DNA of 64,000 nt from a virus (IMGVR_UViG_3300023174_003433:32001-96000); one strand, 5' to 3'. Numbered from the stretch's first letter, positions 45,418-55,087 are shown. The notes: a model not told the origin generated them from the letters alone. Program-made: numbers and translations.

Positions 45418-46790
45418 TATCCTTCTAATGCCTTATTGTAATCAGAGTTATAATTAATGTTTTGATATGCCTGTGCTGAACTATCTTTAGCCAATTCTAA
45501 AACAGTTTGATAACCGGTTGGTACGATAATATGCCTTACAGCCGTGACCAAATATTTACCTGAATAAAATTTATCCATTTCTTTTCCATTTGCCATTGGC
45601 TTTAAAGATGGTAATTGAATATTCACCGTTCTACCTGCCGTTATCGAAGCATTTCCTGGTACTGTAGCTTTAATAATTGTATAATTGGCCAAAGCAATTT
45701 GAGCCGTTCTGGTTGGAATAAATGTTTCAACAAAAATGTCCTTGGCAACTCCTGCTTCTTTATCTTTAATATAAGCCACATCTTGCTGATTGGCATTTCC
45801 AAAAAGAACTTTTATTGTTCCATCGTAACTTTCATTTGAATTTGTACCAAGTCTATTTTTTATTGTATTTGATGGACTATTTGGATTTAAAGTCTTTGCT
45901 TGAGGTTTAAATTTATTGTAATTAAATATTGTTGTTTTGTATTTTCTTGTTAATGGATCAATTGTTATTACTTTATTTGCAAATGTTCCAGAACTAATTT
46001 CTTCTAAAGCATCAAAAGGTTTTACAATTTCATAATTTAGTATACTCATAAATTTTTCTTGTGTACTTTCCACATTTTCTGGCAAATTTTGCATTTGGTA
46101 TTTGTATGTTCCAAATACAGGATCAATATACATTGACTGTAATGACCTAAAATTGTAACCATTCTGTGTTTCAAAGAATAACATATCAGCACCAACATAA
46201 TTCAATGGCCTAGCGTAAGTTGATAACCAAGAGATTGCTTCAAGTGGCTTTAAACGAGGTATAATAAAATCATAAACACCTTTGGTTTTTTCAATTACTT
46301 GCACTCTTTCTTTTTTTATTTTTAATTGTTCATATACTATATTTTCAATAATCTTATGAATTTCTGTGCCTTTATAAGATTTACTAATTTTAATTTGTTC
46401 CGACAAAAGTAATTCTTCTGAACAAAAATACAAAGTATAGAATTCAGTATTTAAATTGCCCGCAGGCACTCTTGGCCCAACTTTGTATACTCGAAACTTT
46501 TGTACATTTTCACTTGGATCATTTTTGATTTTACTGAATACGACTTCGATATATTCATTACCTGTTAACTGTAATAACTCAATAAAACCTTGTGAATCAG
46601 TTACCGTAACATAACCAGAAGAAACAAAATTGTAGATATCTTCATAATATGAAAACTCTCCTAGAATTCTTTTTAACTCTATTCGTTGACCATTGGCGGT
46701 CAAAAAATTTAAAGTTTTTAAATTGTAATCTTGAGGATAATATAAACCTGGTGATTCTACCCCATCAGGAAAAGATACGATTTCAGCCAT
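45417..46790 (-). CDS. Baseplate hub protein (gp27-like)
   Basis: YEDI..SG...D...LTGNE, FFET..GYNFRSL, SGKYLVTAVRH; located between gp53 and gp5. Confidence 0.7.
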   Translation of the reverse strand: MAEIVSFPDGVESPGLYYPQDYNLKTLNFLTANGQRIELKRILGEFSYYEDIYNFVSSGYVTVTDSQGFIELLQLTGNEYIEVVFSKIKNDPSENVQKFRVYKVGPRVPAGNLNTEFYTLYFCSEELLLSEQIKISKSYKGTEIHKIIENIVYEQLKIKKERVQVIEKTKGVYDFIIPRLKPLEAISWLSTYARPLNYVGADMLFFETQNGYNFRSLQSMYIDPVFGTYKYQMQNLPENVESTQEKFMSILNYEIVKPFDALEEISSGTFANKVITIDPLTRKYKTTIFNYNKFKPQAKTLNPNSPSNTIKNRLGTNSNESYDGTIKVLFGNANQQDVAYIKDKEAGVAKDIFVETFIPTRTAQIALANYTIIKATVPGNASITAGRTVNIQLPSLKPMANGKEMDKFYSGKYLVTAVRHIIVPTGYQTVLELAKDSSAQAYQNINYNSDYNKALEG

Positions 46791-46791
46791 G

Positions 46792-47391
46792 TTAAGTTGT
46801 CAACAATTGTTTAAATTGTTCTTCAAATTGATTAACGTAAATTGAATTTAAAATTTTAATGTTTCTTTTTGATTCATTCAAATCTAATTCATAATCATAG
46901 ACACTAACTGCATTACGTTCTGTAGTTATTGTTACAGGTCCAGTAGGTAAAGTATATGTTGCTGTTTGAGTAACCGGTAAAAGATTGTATGCATCTTCAT
47001 CAATTCTAACTTTATTTACTGTGGTTGTTTGAGTATTAGAATCATACTGTGTTATTATTTTTTCATAATATTCCACTTCAGAATATACATTTGTTGAAGG
47101 ATACTTATCTGCAAGATATTGTTCGAACACTCTAGAAGTCATTGGCCAATCCCATTGAGGATCTAATAATTCATTTGCAAACAATACAATCCAATAACGA
47201 TATGAATCACCATAGTATTTGTGTGCAATAATTTCTGGTGTATCACCTTCTTGAATATCGTATGTATAATACAATAAAGGATCTTTAAGTATTTCTGGTA
47301 TTACACTTACACGAGCCAATAAATTAGTATAGATTGAAGCTACACCATTTTGTGTATAGAGAACTTTTGGTAAAGTATCAAAATATTGCAT
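46792..47391 (-). CDS. gp53: Baseplate wedge protein gp53
   Basis: YF...P, Y.IQEGDTPEIIA.KYYGD...YWIVLFAN, WP, YE...NE.KR.IKIL. Confidence 0.92.
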   Translation of the reverse strand: MQYFDTLPKVLYTQNGVASIYTNLLARVSVIPEILKDPLLYYTYDIQEGDTPEIIAHKYYGDSYRYWIVLFANELLDPQWDWPMTSRVFEQYLADKYPSTNVYSEVEYYEKIITQYDSNTQTTTVNKVRIDEDAYNLLPVTQTATYTLPTGPVTITTERNAVSVYDYELDLNESKRNIKILNSIYVNQFEEQFKQLLTT

Positions 47392-47393
47392 TT

Positions 47394-48338
47394 TTAATAT
47401 CCTTGAGCAATTTTTTTCTTGTCAACAAGTTCAATTTCTTTGAAATTCATTGTCAATGTTGTTTGTACTGGTGCACCATCTGTGTGTGCTGACCATCCAT
47501 TAGGCGCATAATTGACATCGATACTGTCGATCACACTTTCTGTCACTTTAGAAATGTTTTTGTTTATATCATTATTATATAAAAAATCAATTTTAAATGT
47601 GCTAGGAGGAATAAAAAACATACCAAAAGCTGCATCTGTTATTTTTGGTAGTGCAGCCTCTTTAAATAATGTAATTATTTTTTTCACATCTTCTGCCTCT
47701 TGTTGAGAATATGGTGTAAATGTGAACGCCAATTGATATGACCTAAAATCAATCGTATCAAACAATAACTGATTCAATGGATTTAAAGCTAAACCTTGAG
47801 TTGCTAAAGCCAATCGAGTAATATCAGATTCAATAGCTGCCGTAATATTTTTTTGAGCTGTTGCATTTGGAATTGCTTTGATTAATGTATTTCTTAATCC
47901 CAAATTATTATATTGTGGAGTGTATTGAAAATTTACTGTATCTGGCATATACAAAGCTACTGTTGCAACTTGCCGGGTTTGCCTTTTTGTAAGACTTAAA
48001 TTTATATTATTGTCTTTTGCAAAAGTGGTTCCAAAATCAGAGAATGCATCCCACGCACTTCTTGCAAGGTCAGTTAATCCTCTGGACTCAACTGAATTTA
48101 ATTTTTGGCCTAATGCTTCAACTGCCGATGCTGTTTTAGAGGAAGAAAAGGATATTGGTTGTATTTCATTTATAGTAAATTTTATGGCGTGGCCTTTGGT
48201 TGCTGAACCCAAATCTCTAGGATACTGATAGTTTGCCAGTTTATATTTACTATCAAATAAAGCTCCCAAAGGACCTTTTGTTGTAGTACCAGGTATACTT
48301 ACACCACCGATTGAGGTTGGAATAGAAATGATGGCCAT
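47394..48338 (-). CDS. gp48: Baseplate tail-tube cap gp48
   Basis: LYMP, NP...LLF..IDFR.Y...F.F.P.S..EA, V.YAPNG, P...LTM.FKE.E. Confidence 0.85.
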   Translation of the reverse strand: MAIISIPTSIGGVSIPGTTTKGPLGALFDSKYKLANYQYPRDLGSATKGHAIKFTINEIQPISFSSSKTASAVEALGQKLNSVESRGLTDLARSAWDAFSDFGTTFAKDNNINLSLTKRQTRQVATVALYMPDTVNFQYTPQYNNLGLRNTLIKAIPNATAQKNITAAIESDITRLALATQGLALNPLNQLLFDTIDFRSYQLAFTFTPYSQQEAEDVKKIITLFKEAALPKITDAAFGMFFIPPSTFKIDFLYNNDINKNISKVTESVIDSIDVNYAPNGWSAHTDGAPVQTTLTMNFKEIELVDKKKIAQGY

Positions 48339-48366
48339 TGATTTCTCTTTTTAGATTGAATATACA

Positions 48367-48374
48367 TATTTATA
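48367..48374 (-). promoter_or_regulatory. T4-type late promoter TATAAATA in the divergent gp48/gp4 gap
   Basis: Exact consensus on the minus strand 29 nt upstream of gp48; an overlapping TATACATA on the plus strand may serve gp4. Confidence 0.7.
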
Positions 48375-48808
48375 TGGCTTACCAAGGAATATTCAGACCA
48401 AAAAACCCTCAAAAATATATTGGGGACTCAAATAACATTGTGTATCGCTCTTCATGGGAATGTAGAGTGATGAACTGGTTCGACCAGAATGATGACATTA
48501 TATCATGGGCAAGTGAAGAATTGATTGTTCCTTATAAATCTCCAATCGATAATCGTTTTCACCGGTACTTTCCTGATTTCATAGTAAAAGTTAAAACCAG
48601 AGATGGTACAATGAAAACATTGATGATAGAGGTCAAACCAAAGAAACAAACCGTACCACCAGAACCAAGAAAACGAGTTACCAAACAATACATAACTGAA
48701 GTTACAACATATGGTGTCAATCAGGCCAAATGGAAAGCCGCTCAAGAATATTGTTTAGACCGTGGCTGGGAGTTCAAAATAATGACAGAAGAACATTTGG
48801 GACTGTAA
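48374..48808 (+). CDS. gp4: Head completion nuclease gp4
   Basis: Y.G.FRPKNP.KY.GD...IVYRSSWE, W.SEE..VPY, HRYFPDF, IEVKP, NQAKW.AA; start at ATG 48374. Confidence 0.92.
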   Translation: MAYQGIFRPKNPQKYIGDSNNIVYRSSWECRVMNWFDQNDDIISWASEELIVPYKSPIDNRFHRYFPDFIVKVKTRDGTMKTLMIEVKPKKQTVPPEPRKRVTKQYITEVTTYGVNQAKWKAAQEYCLDRGWEFKIMTEEHLGL

Positions 48809-48820
48809 CTAAATACTTCA

Positions 48821-49414
48821 ATGGAATCTAAACTTACACTATTGGCCAAAGAACGGTCATCTTCAGAAATGAAAGTGATGTCCAAGCAATCATTAGATTG
48901 GCTGGCACAGAAGATTGCTCAACTAAAAGGAACAGCAAGCATACCAATCGGCATGAGCCGTGAAAAGTTTAGGCAAGTGAATGATTTTAGATTGGGTAAA
49001 CTATATTGTTTTTACTACGATCCAAAAGGTAAAGAAGATTTGCCATACTATGACCGTTTTCCAATGGTATTGGCAATCGAAAAATATAATGATGGTTTTT
49101 TAGGCCTAAACCTTCATTATTTGCCATTTAATTATCGGATGGCATTTTTAGGTAAACTACTTAAATTTGCGGTCCAAGGTGAACCAGGAGAAATTGACAG
49201 GTTGAGAGTCACCTATGATATTTTAGTCGCCTCCAGACGCCTTAAAGAGTTTCGGCCTTGTATTAAACGTTATCTTTCTGGTCATATCCAGTCAAAGATA
49301 CTTGCCATCCAACCTAATGAGTGGGATATTGCCGCTTTTCTGCCATTACAGCAGTTCAGAGGTGCCAAATCCCAACAAGTGTGGCAAGAATCATTAGAAC
49401 AAATAAGGAACTAA
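48821..49414 (+). CDS. gp2: DNA end protector protein gp2
   Basis: YDPK.K..LPYYDRFP, GFLGLNLHYL, CIKRYL..H; CTAAATA at 48809-48815. Confidence 0.92.
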   Translation: MESKLTLLAKERSSSEMKVMSKQSLDWLAQKIAQLKGTASIPIGMSREKFRQVNDFRLGKLYCFYYDPKGKEDLPYYDRFPMVLAIEKYNDGFLGLNLHYLPFNYRMAFLGKLLKFAVQGEPGEIDRLRVTYDILVASRRLKEFRPCIKRYLSGHIQSKILAIQPNEWDIAAFLPLQQFRGAKSQQVWQESLEQIRN

Positions 49415-49415
49415 A

Positions 49416-50096
49416 ATGGCAGGTAGCATTAGCGAATTTAAATCAAGTTTTCGTGGTGACCTAGCACGACCAAACAAATTTGATGTCAATGTTAATATTC
49501 CATTGGTATTAATACCATATGTTGCTGGTGCAAGGTCATTAAATTTTCGTTGCGAGAATACTCAATTACCTGGTAGAACACTTGCCACTACAGAACAAAA
49601 AACATATGGACCAATTGAAAAGTTTCCATATTTAAACACCTATAATGATATTGATTTAACATTTATTGTTGATGATGACATGCAACAAAAGATATTATTT
49701 GATGCTTGGCTAAACTTTATTAATCCATTGTACAATAATAATATTCGTTATAAACAAGAATATGCAACCATATTGACAATTAATCAATATGATGTAACCA
49801 ATAAAGTATCATATTCTATTAATTTGTATGACGCTTTTCCCATTTCACTAAATCAAATGGATTTAGATTGGAGTGGAGATGGTTATCATAAACTAGGAGT
49901 GACTTTTGCCTATACCTACTGGCAAAACAATTCTCTACAATCGCTTGGTATGCAGTTTGTCGATGCGGGTATTGCTGCAGTATCAAGCATTTTAAATGGT
50001 GGACCAGAACTAACACAATTTGGTATAAGTCCTCCAGACCAATCAGCATCTTTTAGTGCTGAAGCTTTACGAGAAAGAACTACAAATTTAATATGA
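49416..50096 (+). CDS. Tail-tube-family protein (gp19/gp54-like)
   Basis: LARPNKF.V, CE..QLPG, L.DAFP, VTFAY. Confidence 0.75.
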   Translation: MAGSISEFKSSFRGDLARPNKFDVNVNIPLVLIPYVAGARSLNFRCENTQLPGRTLATTEQKTYGPIEKFPYLNTYNDIDLTFIVDDDMQQKILFDAWLNFINPLYNNNIRYKQEYATILTINQYDVTNKVSYSINLYDAFPISLNQMDLDWSGDGYHKLGVTFAYTYWQNNSLQSLGMQFVDAGIAAVSSILNGGPELTQFGISPPDQSASFSAEALRERTTNLI

Positions 50097-50113
50097 TTAT
50101 ATAAGGAGTTATT

Positions 50114-50839
50114 ATGGCTTTACCAAAACTTGATGTACCAATCTATGAACTTGAATTGCCTTTATCTAAAAAGAAAATTCGTTATCGTCCTTTTCTTGTA
50201 AAAGAGCAAAAGAATTTATTAATGGCCATTGAATCTTCTGATTCAAATACTGTACAACAAAGTGTTCGTGACATTTTAAATAATTGCACAGTTACAGAAG
50301 GTATTGAAATCGATAAATTGCCTATTATTGATATTGAATATTATTTTATTAATCTGAGAGCCAAATCTGTAGGTGAAGTTGTTGAATCAAAATATAAGTG
50401 TAATAATATTGTTGATGATAAAGAGTGTGGCAATATTATGGAAAAGAATATTGATTTAACAAAAATACAAGTTACATTTCCAGAAAATGCGGAATCAGAA
50501 ATTCAACTCACACCAAAGATTTCAATCAAAATGAAATATCCTGAATTTAGTGTGGTTAAAGATTCTCTAAAATATGAAGATATTAGTCAAGTAACCTTTA
50601 ATATGATTGCTCAATCAATCGAGTATATTTACGATGGTGAACAGTTTTATTATGGCCATGAAGCACAACCTGGTGAAATGTTAGAATTTGTAGAAGGCAT
50701 GAACCAAGAACAATTCTCTAAAGTAGAAAAGTTCTTAGAGAATTTACCAAAATTAAAAGAAGATGTGAACATTACCTGTGGTAAGTGTGGGTTTAACCAC
50801 ACGATAGAGGTGGAAGGGTTAGAAAGTTTTTTCGGTTAA
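50114..50839 (+). CDS. gp26: Baseplate hub assembly chaperone gp26
   Basis: MALPK...P.YELELP, YRPFLVKEQK.LL, DIEY.F..LRAKSVGE, CxxC, EGLESFF. Confidence 0.9.
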   Translation: MALPKLDVPIYELELPLSKKKIRYRPFLVKEQKNLLMAIESSDSNTVQQSVRDILNNCTVTEGIEIDKLPIIDIEYYFINLRAKSVGEVVESKYKCNNIVDDKECGNIMEKNIDLTKIQVTFPENAESEIQLTPKISIKMKYPEFSVVKDSLKYEDISQVTFNMIAQSIEYIYDGEQFYYGHEAQPGEMLEFVEGMNQEQFSKVEKFLENLPKLKEDVNITCGKCGFNHTIEVEGLESFFG

Positions 50840-51021
50840 CATTTCGTCATGACAATCTGAGTAATTATTATAAAACAAATTTTGCTTTAATGCAACACCA
50901 CAAATACAGTTTGACCGAACTTGAAAATATGTTACCTTGGGAAAGAGATATTTACATATCTTTGTTGATTTCGTATATTGAAGAAGAAAATCAAAAAATT
51001 AAAGAAAGACAAAGAAAATAG
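50827..51021 (+). CDS. gp51-like hub assembly segment, probably reached by -1 frameshift from gp26
   Basis: Not in ORF track. The -1 frame is open from 50827: FFRLTFRHDNLSNYYKTNFALMQHHKYSLTELENMLPWERDIYISLL...RK*; first ATG (50890) has no evident RBS. Confidence 0.7.
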   Translation, partial: FFRLTFRHDNLSNYYKTNFALMQHHKYSLTELENMLPWERDIYISLLISYIEEENQKIKERQRK

Positions 51022-51024
51022 TAA

Positions 51025-52524
51025 ATGGATTACCAAAAAGCCAAAGATGTTAGAGGTAAATCTTTTTCATCACTACTGATAGACAATATTGTTGGAGGTG
51101 GTGGTGTTGGTTCGTCTTTAAGTAAAACCATTTCAGAAAAAACACAAGCAAGCGTTAAAGGCATAAAACAGGCCTTTGACCCATTACAAATTGCCAAGAC
51201 TTTAACTTTTGGTGGTAATATTGCACCAGCATTATTAGGTCGTGCAATGGGTCGTAGTAAAGGAGATATTAAGTTTTTTACTGGTAGAACCAGAAAAAGA
51301 CGTTCTGCATTTGCAAGTGCACTAGATAATTCTGCTTCTGGTATTGGCCAAGCAAATCCTGCTGTCGAGGCTTTAGGTAACATTTACGATCTATTGGTTG
51401 AAAAAGATGAATTAAGAAAACAAGAAATACTCGATAGAGAAAAAGAATCTAAAAATGAAGAAGATTATGCTGAGTTTGTTAATCAAGAATTAATTAAAGC
51501 ATTAACTGCTCGTAGAAAACCTTCTAAAGAAAAAAAACAATATCGTGATGAAAAAGGCAGGTTTGCTAAAGAACCTCCTGTTGAAGCGCCAAAAAGTGCA
51601 CCAGCACCTAAACCAGCAACACCAGCACCAGCACCTAAACCAGCAACACCAGCACCAGCACCTAAACCAGCAACACCAGCAGCTAAGCCACCAGCACCAG
51701 CAGCTAAGCCAACAGTTAAACCATCTACAGCCGTAAAATTGTCAACTGGAGCTGCAGCAATATCAATATTTGGAGAAACCGGAGCAAAAACTCCAGAGCA
51801 AGCTTTAAAAAAAGGTGGCCAAATTGTGGGTAACGATCCTAGTGCCGGTTATTATTCATATGGAATTTTTGGTATGAATTCCAAATCAAAAACTATTGAC
51901 GATTTTGTTGTACAGAACCCACAATTTGGATTTAAAGAAAAACCAGGCACAAAAGAATTTAACGAAGAATGGAAAAAAGTGGCATCTGAACGAGCAAAAG
52001 AACTGTTTGATGCACAGATGGATTGGTACGAAAAAAATGTATTTGATCCATTAAAGAAAGACTTATCATCTAAATTACCTAATGGTTTTGGAGAAGATCC
52101 TAGAGTAATATCTTATTTTGCTGATAGGCGAATACAATATGGAAAAGTGCAAGAAAATTCAGCAATAGAATATGCAAAATCATCTTCAACACCAACAGAA
52201 TTTTTAGAGAAAATCACTGATTACGATTTAAACACTTTAAATTTGAGCTTTCCAACAGCACTAAAAAATAATCCTGATATAAGAAAAGGTTTAGAAAATC
52301 GAGTAAAAAATAGAAAAAGTTTATCCTTATCAATTAATAATTCTGGCAATGTAATTGTTACCGGAGCTAAAGAGAATCAAGAACTTAAAGAAAGCTTAAA
52401 TAGAGATAAACGAGCACAAGATACAGTAACAAATAATATAACCACAAATACAAGTCAAAAAACGGAAGAACGAGAAGAACCCGCTGATGATAAACCAGCA
52501 CTTATGAAGAAAAGGCGCAAGTAA
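51025..52524 (+). CDS. Tape-measure/hub-like protein with Pro-Ala linker and putative lysozyme-like domain
   Basis: Follows gp26; helical N-terminus, PAPKPAT repeats, GET...NDPSAGYYSYGIFGMNS segment resembling muralytic domains. Confidence 0.55.
   Translation: MDYQKAKDVRGKSFSSLLIDNIVGGGGVGSSLSKTISEKTQASVKGIKQAFDPLQIAKTLTFGGNIAPALLGRAMGRSKGDIKFFTGRTRKRRSAFASALDNSASGIGQANPAVEALGNIYDLLVEKDELRKQEILDREKESKNEEDYAEFVNQELIKALTARRKPSKEKKQYRDEKGRFAKEPPVEAPKSAPAPKPATPAPAPKPATPAPAPKPATPAAKPPAPAAKPTVKPSTAVKLSTGAAAISIFGETGAKTPEQALKKGGQIVGNDPSAGYYSYGIFGMNSKSKTIDDFVVQNPQFGFKEKPGTKEFNEEWKKVASERAKELFDAQMDWYEKNVFDPLKKDLSSKLPNGFGEDPRVISYFADRRIQYGKVQENSAIEYAKSSSTPTEFLEKITDYDLNTLNLSFPTALKNNPDIRKGLENRVKNRKSLSLSINNSGNVIVTGAKENQELKESLNRDKRAQDTVTNNITTNTSQKTEEREEPADDKPALMKKRRK
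51601..51681 (+). repeat. 3 x 27-bp perfect tandem repeat (PAPKPATPA)
   Basis: CCAGCACCTAAACCAGCAACACCAGCA three times. Confidence 0.95.
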
Positions 52525-53909
52525 TGGATTACCAACAAGCAGAAAAAATTAGAGGCAAATCTTTTGCTTCTTTAATGACAGAAAAACTTGCTGAAGGTGG
52601 TGGTATTGGTGGTTCATTGAGAGCAACTGTTTCTGAAAGATCCCAAGCAAGAATGAAAGGTATCAAAGAAAAGTTTGATATTTTAAATATTGCCAAGATG
52701 TTGACCGGTGGTTCAAACTTAGCACCTGCCATTTTGGGCAGAATATTAGGTCGTAGCACAAGAGATATAAAGTATTTTGCTGGTATTAAAGATAAAAAGA
52801 CCGCCAGTAAATTAGGACCAACTGGTGGTGATGTTAGTCCTGAAATGATGAATATTTTAGAAAAAATATACGATTTTCTAAAAGAAACAAATGATGAAGA
52901 TAGGTTAAAAAAACAAAGTGAATCTCAATTTGCTGAGGAAAAAGAATTAGAAAGAATGCGCCGGCACAAAGAACTTATGCAGGCTATAACAGGTAAACCG
53001 TACACACAAAAAATTGTAACTGCAACAAAGTTGGATGAAGAAGATGATGGAAGTTTTTTAGATAAATTTTTGAGAATGTTGAGTATTGGTAAAAACACTT
53101 GGAAAAATTTAAAATTTGCTTTAGGTGTTCTTGGTTTGGTTGGTGGTATGGTGGGATTTTATGGTGGCCTTTTGTGGTTGGTGAATAAAATGAATGAAAT
53201 AACTCCAAACATGAAAGCTCTTTCACCAGAAGAAGCTCGAAATGTATTACAAAATGGAAGTCCAAAAGATATTGAAGCTGCCGGAGGCCGGCAATTCTTG
53301 GAAAATATTATTCTGAACCGCAAACAAGAAGCAATTGATGCATTAGCAATGGAACCAGGAGAAGAACGAGATAAAAGAATACGTCAATTGGGCGGTGAAG
53401 ATAAATTAAATAAAATTGTTGCTGATACAAAAGTTTATGAAGTTCCTGCACCCAGAGCTGTTGGTGAAGATATGGCTGAAAAACTTCCATTTACAAAAGA
53501 ACAATTTATAGGAAAAGGAACCGCAAGGCGTGTAAAAGAAGATAAGTGGAACAAACAATATGCTCCATTTTATAATGATGATGGTACTTTAAAACAAGAA
53601 CTTAAAGTTCAACCAAAAGAATCTCCTAAGCCAGAAACTCCAACACAAGTAGTTCCGGCACCTGTTACCAACAATACAGAACCTCCCTCAGTAGAAACCC
53701 CAAACGTTGGCCAAAAATTAAATGTGTTGCAAGGTGAAAATTTGATGGCAAAAATTGATGATAAAACTGAGGTGGCAAAAGCTATTACAACAAACAATGT
53801 TATTAAAAATGATTTGAATTCTTCTGTAAAGAGGGGTTACATACCTGCAGTAAGAAACCAAGAAGAAACGTTTCAACAAATGATATTACAAAGTACCAGA
53901 GTTGTATAA
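52524..53909 (+). CDS. Tape-measure-like paralog with hydrophobic segment
   Basis: N-terminus paralogous to the previous gene; hydrophobic FALGVLGLVGGMVGFYGGLLWLV. Confidence 0.55.
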   Translation: MDYQQAEKIRGKSFASLMTEKLAEGGGIGGSLRATVSERSQARMKGIKEKFDILNIAKMLTGGSNLAPAILGRILGRSTRDIKYFAGIKDKKTASKLGPTGGDVSPEMMNILEKIYDFLKETNDEDRLKKQSESQFAEEKELERMRRHKELMQAITGKPYTQKIVTATKLDEEDDGSFLDKFLRMLSIGKNTWKNLKFALGVLGLVGGMVGFYGGLLWLVNKMNEITPNMKALSPEEARNVLQNGSPKDIEAAGGRQFLENIILNRKQEAIDALAMEPGEERDKRIRQLGGEDKLNKIVADTKVYEVPAPRAVGEDMAEKLPFTKEQFIGKGTARRVKEDKWNKQYAPFYNDDGTLKQELKVQPKESPKPETPTQVVPAPVTNNTEPPSVETPNVGQKLNVLQGENLMAKIDDKTEVAKAITTNNVIKNDLNSSVKRGYIPAVRNQEETFQQMILQSTRVV

Positions 53910-53910
53910 T

Positions 53911-53954
53911 AAAAAACCCGCCAAGGTTGCGCATTGTTAAGAGGCGTGGCGGGT
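53911..53954 (-). terminator. Rho-independent terminator with a large structured loop
   Basis: ACCCGCCA...TGGCGGGT stem followed by TTTTT, at a convergent gene junction. Confidence 0.75.
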
Positions 53955-53976
53955 GTGTTACTACTATTTAGAAGAA

Positions 53977-54105
53977 TTACTTCTTCTTTTCATCTTTCTT
54001 AACTTCTGCTTTTGGAGCTTCTTTCTTTGGCTCTTCTTTCTTAGGAGCTTGAGCAAAGGCGGTTACTGCAAATGCAGCTGCGAGTAGAGATACGAGATAC
54101 TTCAT
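53977..54105 (-). CDS. Small secreted K/E-rich peptide (42 aa)
   Basis: Not in ORF track: MKYLVSLLAAAFAVTAFA-QAPKKEEPKKEAPKAEVKKDEKKK; AAGGA RBS; AFA signal-peptidase site. Confidence 0.75.
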   Translation of the reverse strand: MKYLVSLLAAAFAVTAFAQAPKKEEPKKEAPKAEVKKDEKKK

Positions 54106-54144
54106 TTTATTTCCTTTCAATCAAAGTTAAAAATTCACAAGGCA

Positions 54145-55023
54145 TTAATCTTCTTCAGCGAGCTTACTAAAGTATGCCATATCATCATCATCTGCTAGGT
54201 CAGGTTCAGCAACTGTTTTCTTAGTAGCAGTAAACTCTTTTGCTTTTACCTGTTCTACGGTCGTCTTTGGTGCTTCACCATTAAGGCCAAGTACCTTATC
54301 AAGACGTTTCTTCAAATCATCATATGACTTAAATTCTTTATCACTAATCAACTCTTGTAGTGAGTATTGTGATTTCCAAATTGTTTCAAGTTCAGCATCA
54401 TCACTAGATAATGGAGCTGCCGATTCAAATTCAGATTTGTCATAATTCTGATAACCTTCAACTTTACGAATCTTTAACTTGAAGTTAGCACCTTTCCATA
54501 AATCAAATGGATTGACTGCTTGTTCATCAGCAAACTGAGGATTCATGGCTTCAGTAATCTTATCAAAGATTTTCTTACCATAACGGAACAAGAATACTTT
54601 ACCTTCATTCTCAGGATGTTTTGGATCGGATACAATATAAACGTTTGAAACGTAATTTAGTTTACGTTTTTGTTTGCGAACTACATCTTTGTTCGCTTCT
54701 ATACCAGAATTCCACAATGTAGAATTGTGTTCACACACAGGACATTGTTGATTCTTAGTGGTCAAACAATTATCAATTAACCAACCACCAGGACCTTGAA
54801 ATCCATGTGAGAAGATTTTGACCCAAGGCAGAGCATCATCACCATCTTTTTCAGATGCAGGAAGAAAACGGATAGTGGCCATGCCATTACCTGCTTTATC
54901 AACTTCTGGACGCCAGAAATTATCGACCTTTGTATTGCCTTCGGTTGTTTGGGAGAGTGCCTCGACTGCTTTAGATAGTTTGTCAAGGTTGCCAGATTGG
55001 CGTTTTAGATTTGCAAAACTCAT
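54145..55023 (-). CDS. gp32: Single-stranded DNA-binding protein gp32
   Basis: DKAGNG.A.IRFLP, HGFQGPGGW.I.NC.TT....CPVCE, GKVFLF.YGKKIFDKI, GANFKLK, NYDKSEF, acidic tail. Confidence 0.96.
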   Translation of the reverse strand: MSFANLKRQSGNLDKLSKAVEALSQTTEGNTKVDNFWRPEVDKAGNGMATIRFLPASEKDGDDALPWVKIFSHGFQGPGGWLIDNCLTTKNQQCPVCEHNSTLWNSGIEANKDVVRKQKRKLNYVSNVYIVSDPKHPENEGKVFLFRYGKKIFDKITEAMNPQFADEQAVNPFDLWKGANFKLKIRKVEGYQNYDKSEFESAAPLSSDDAELETIWKSQYSLQELISDKEFKSYDDLKKRLDKVLGLNGEAPKTTVEQVKAKEFTATKKTVAEPDLADDDDMAYFSKLAEED

Positions 55024-55087
55024 AGTAATTCCTTTCGTATAAACGGAGTATTAAACGGTGTATAAACAACTTATCCACGAACTTCTC

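Noticed and set aside
48374-48808. TnsA-like transposase of a Tn7-type element
   Set aside because: Sequence and position beside gp2 and gp48 identify it as head completion protein gp4, and no other transposon genes are present.
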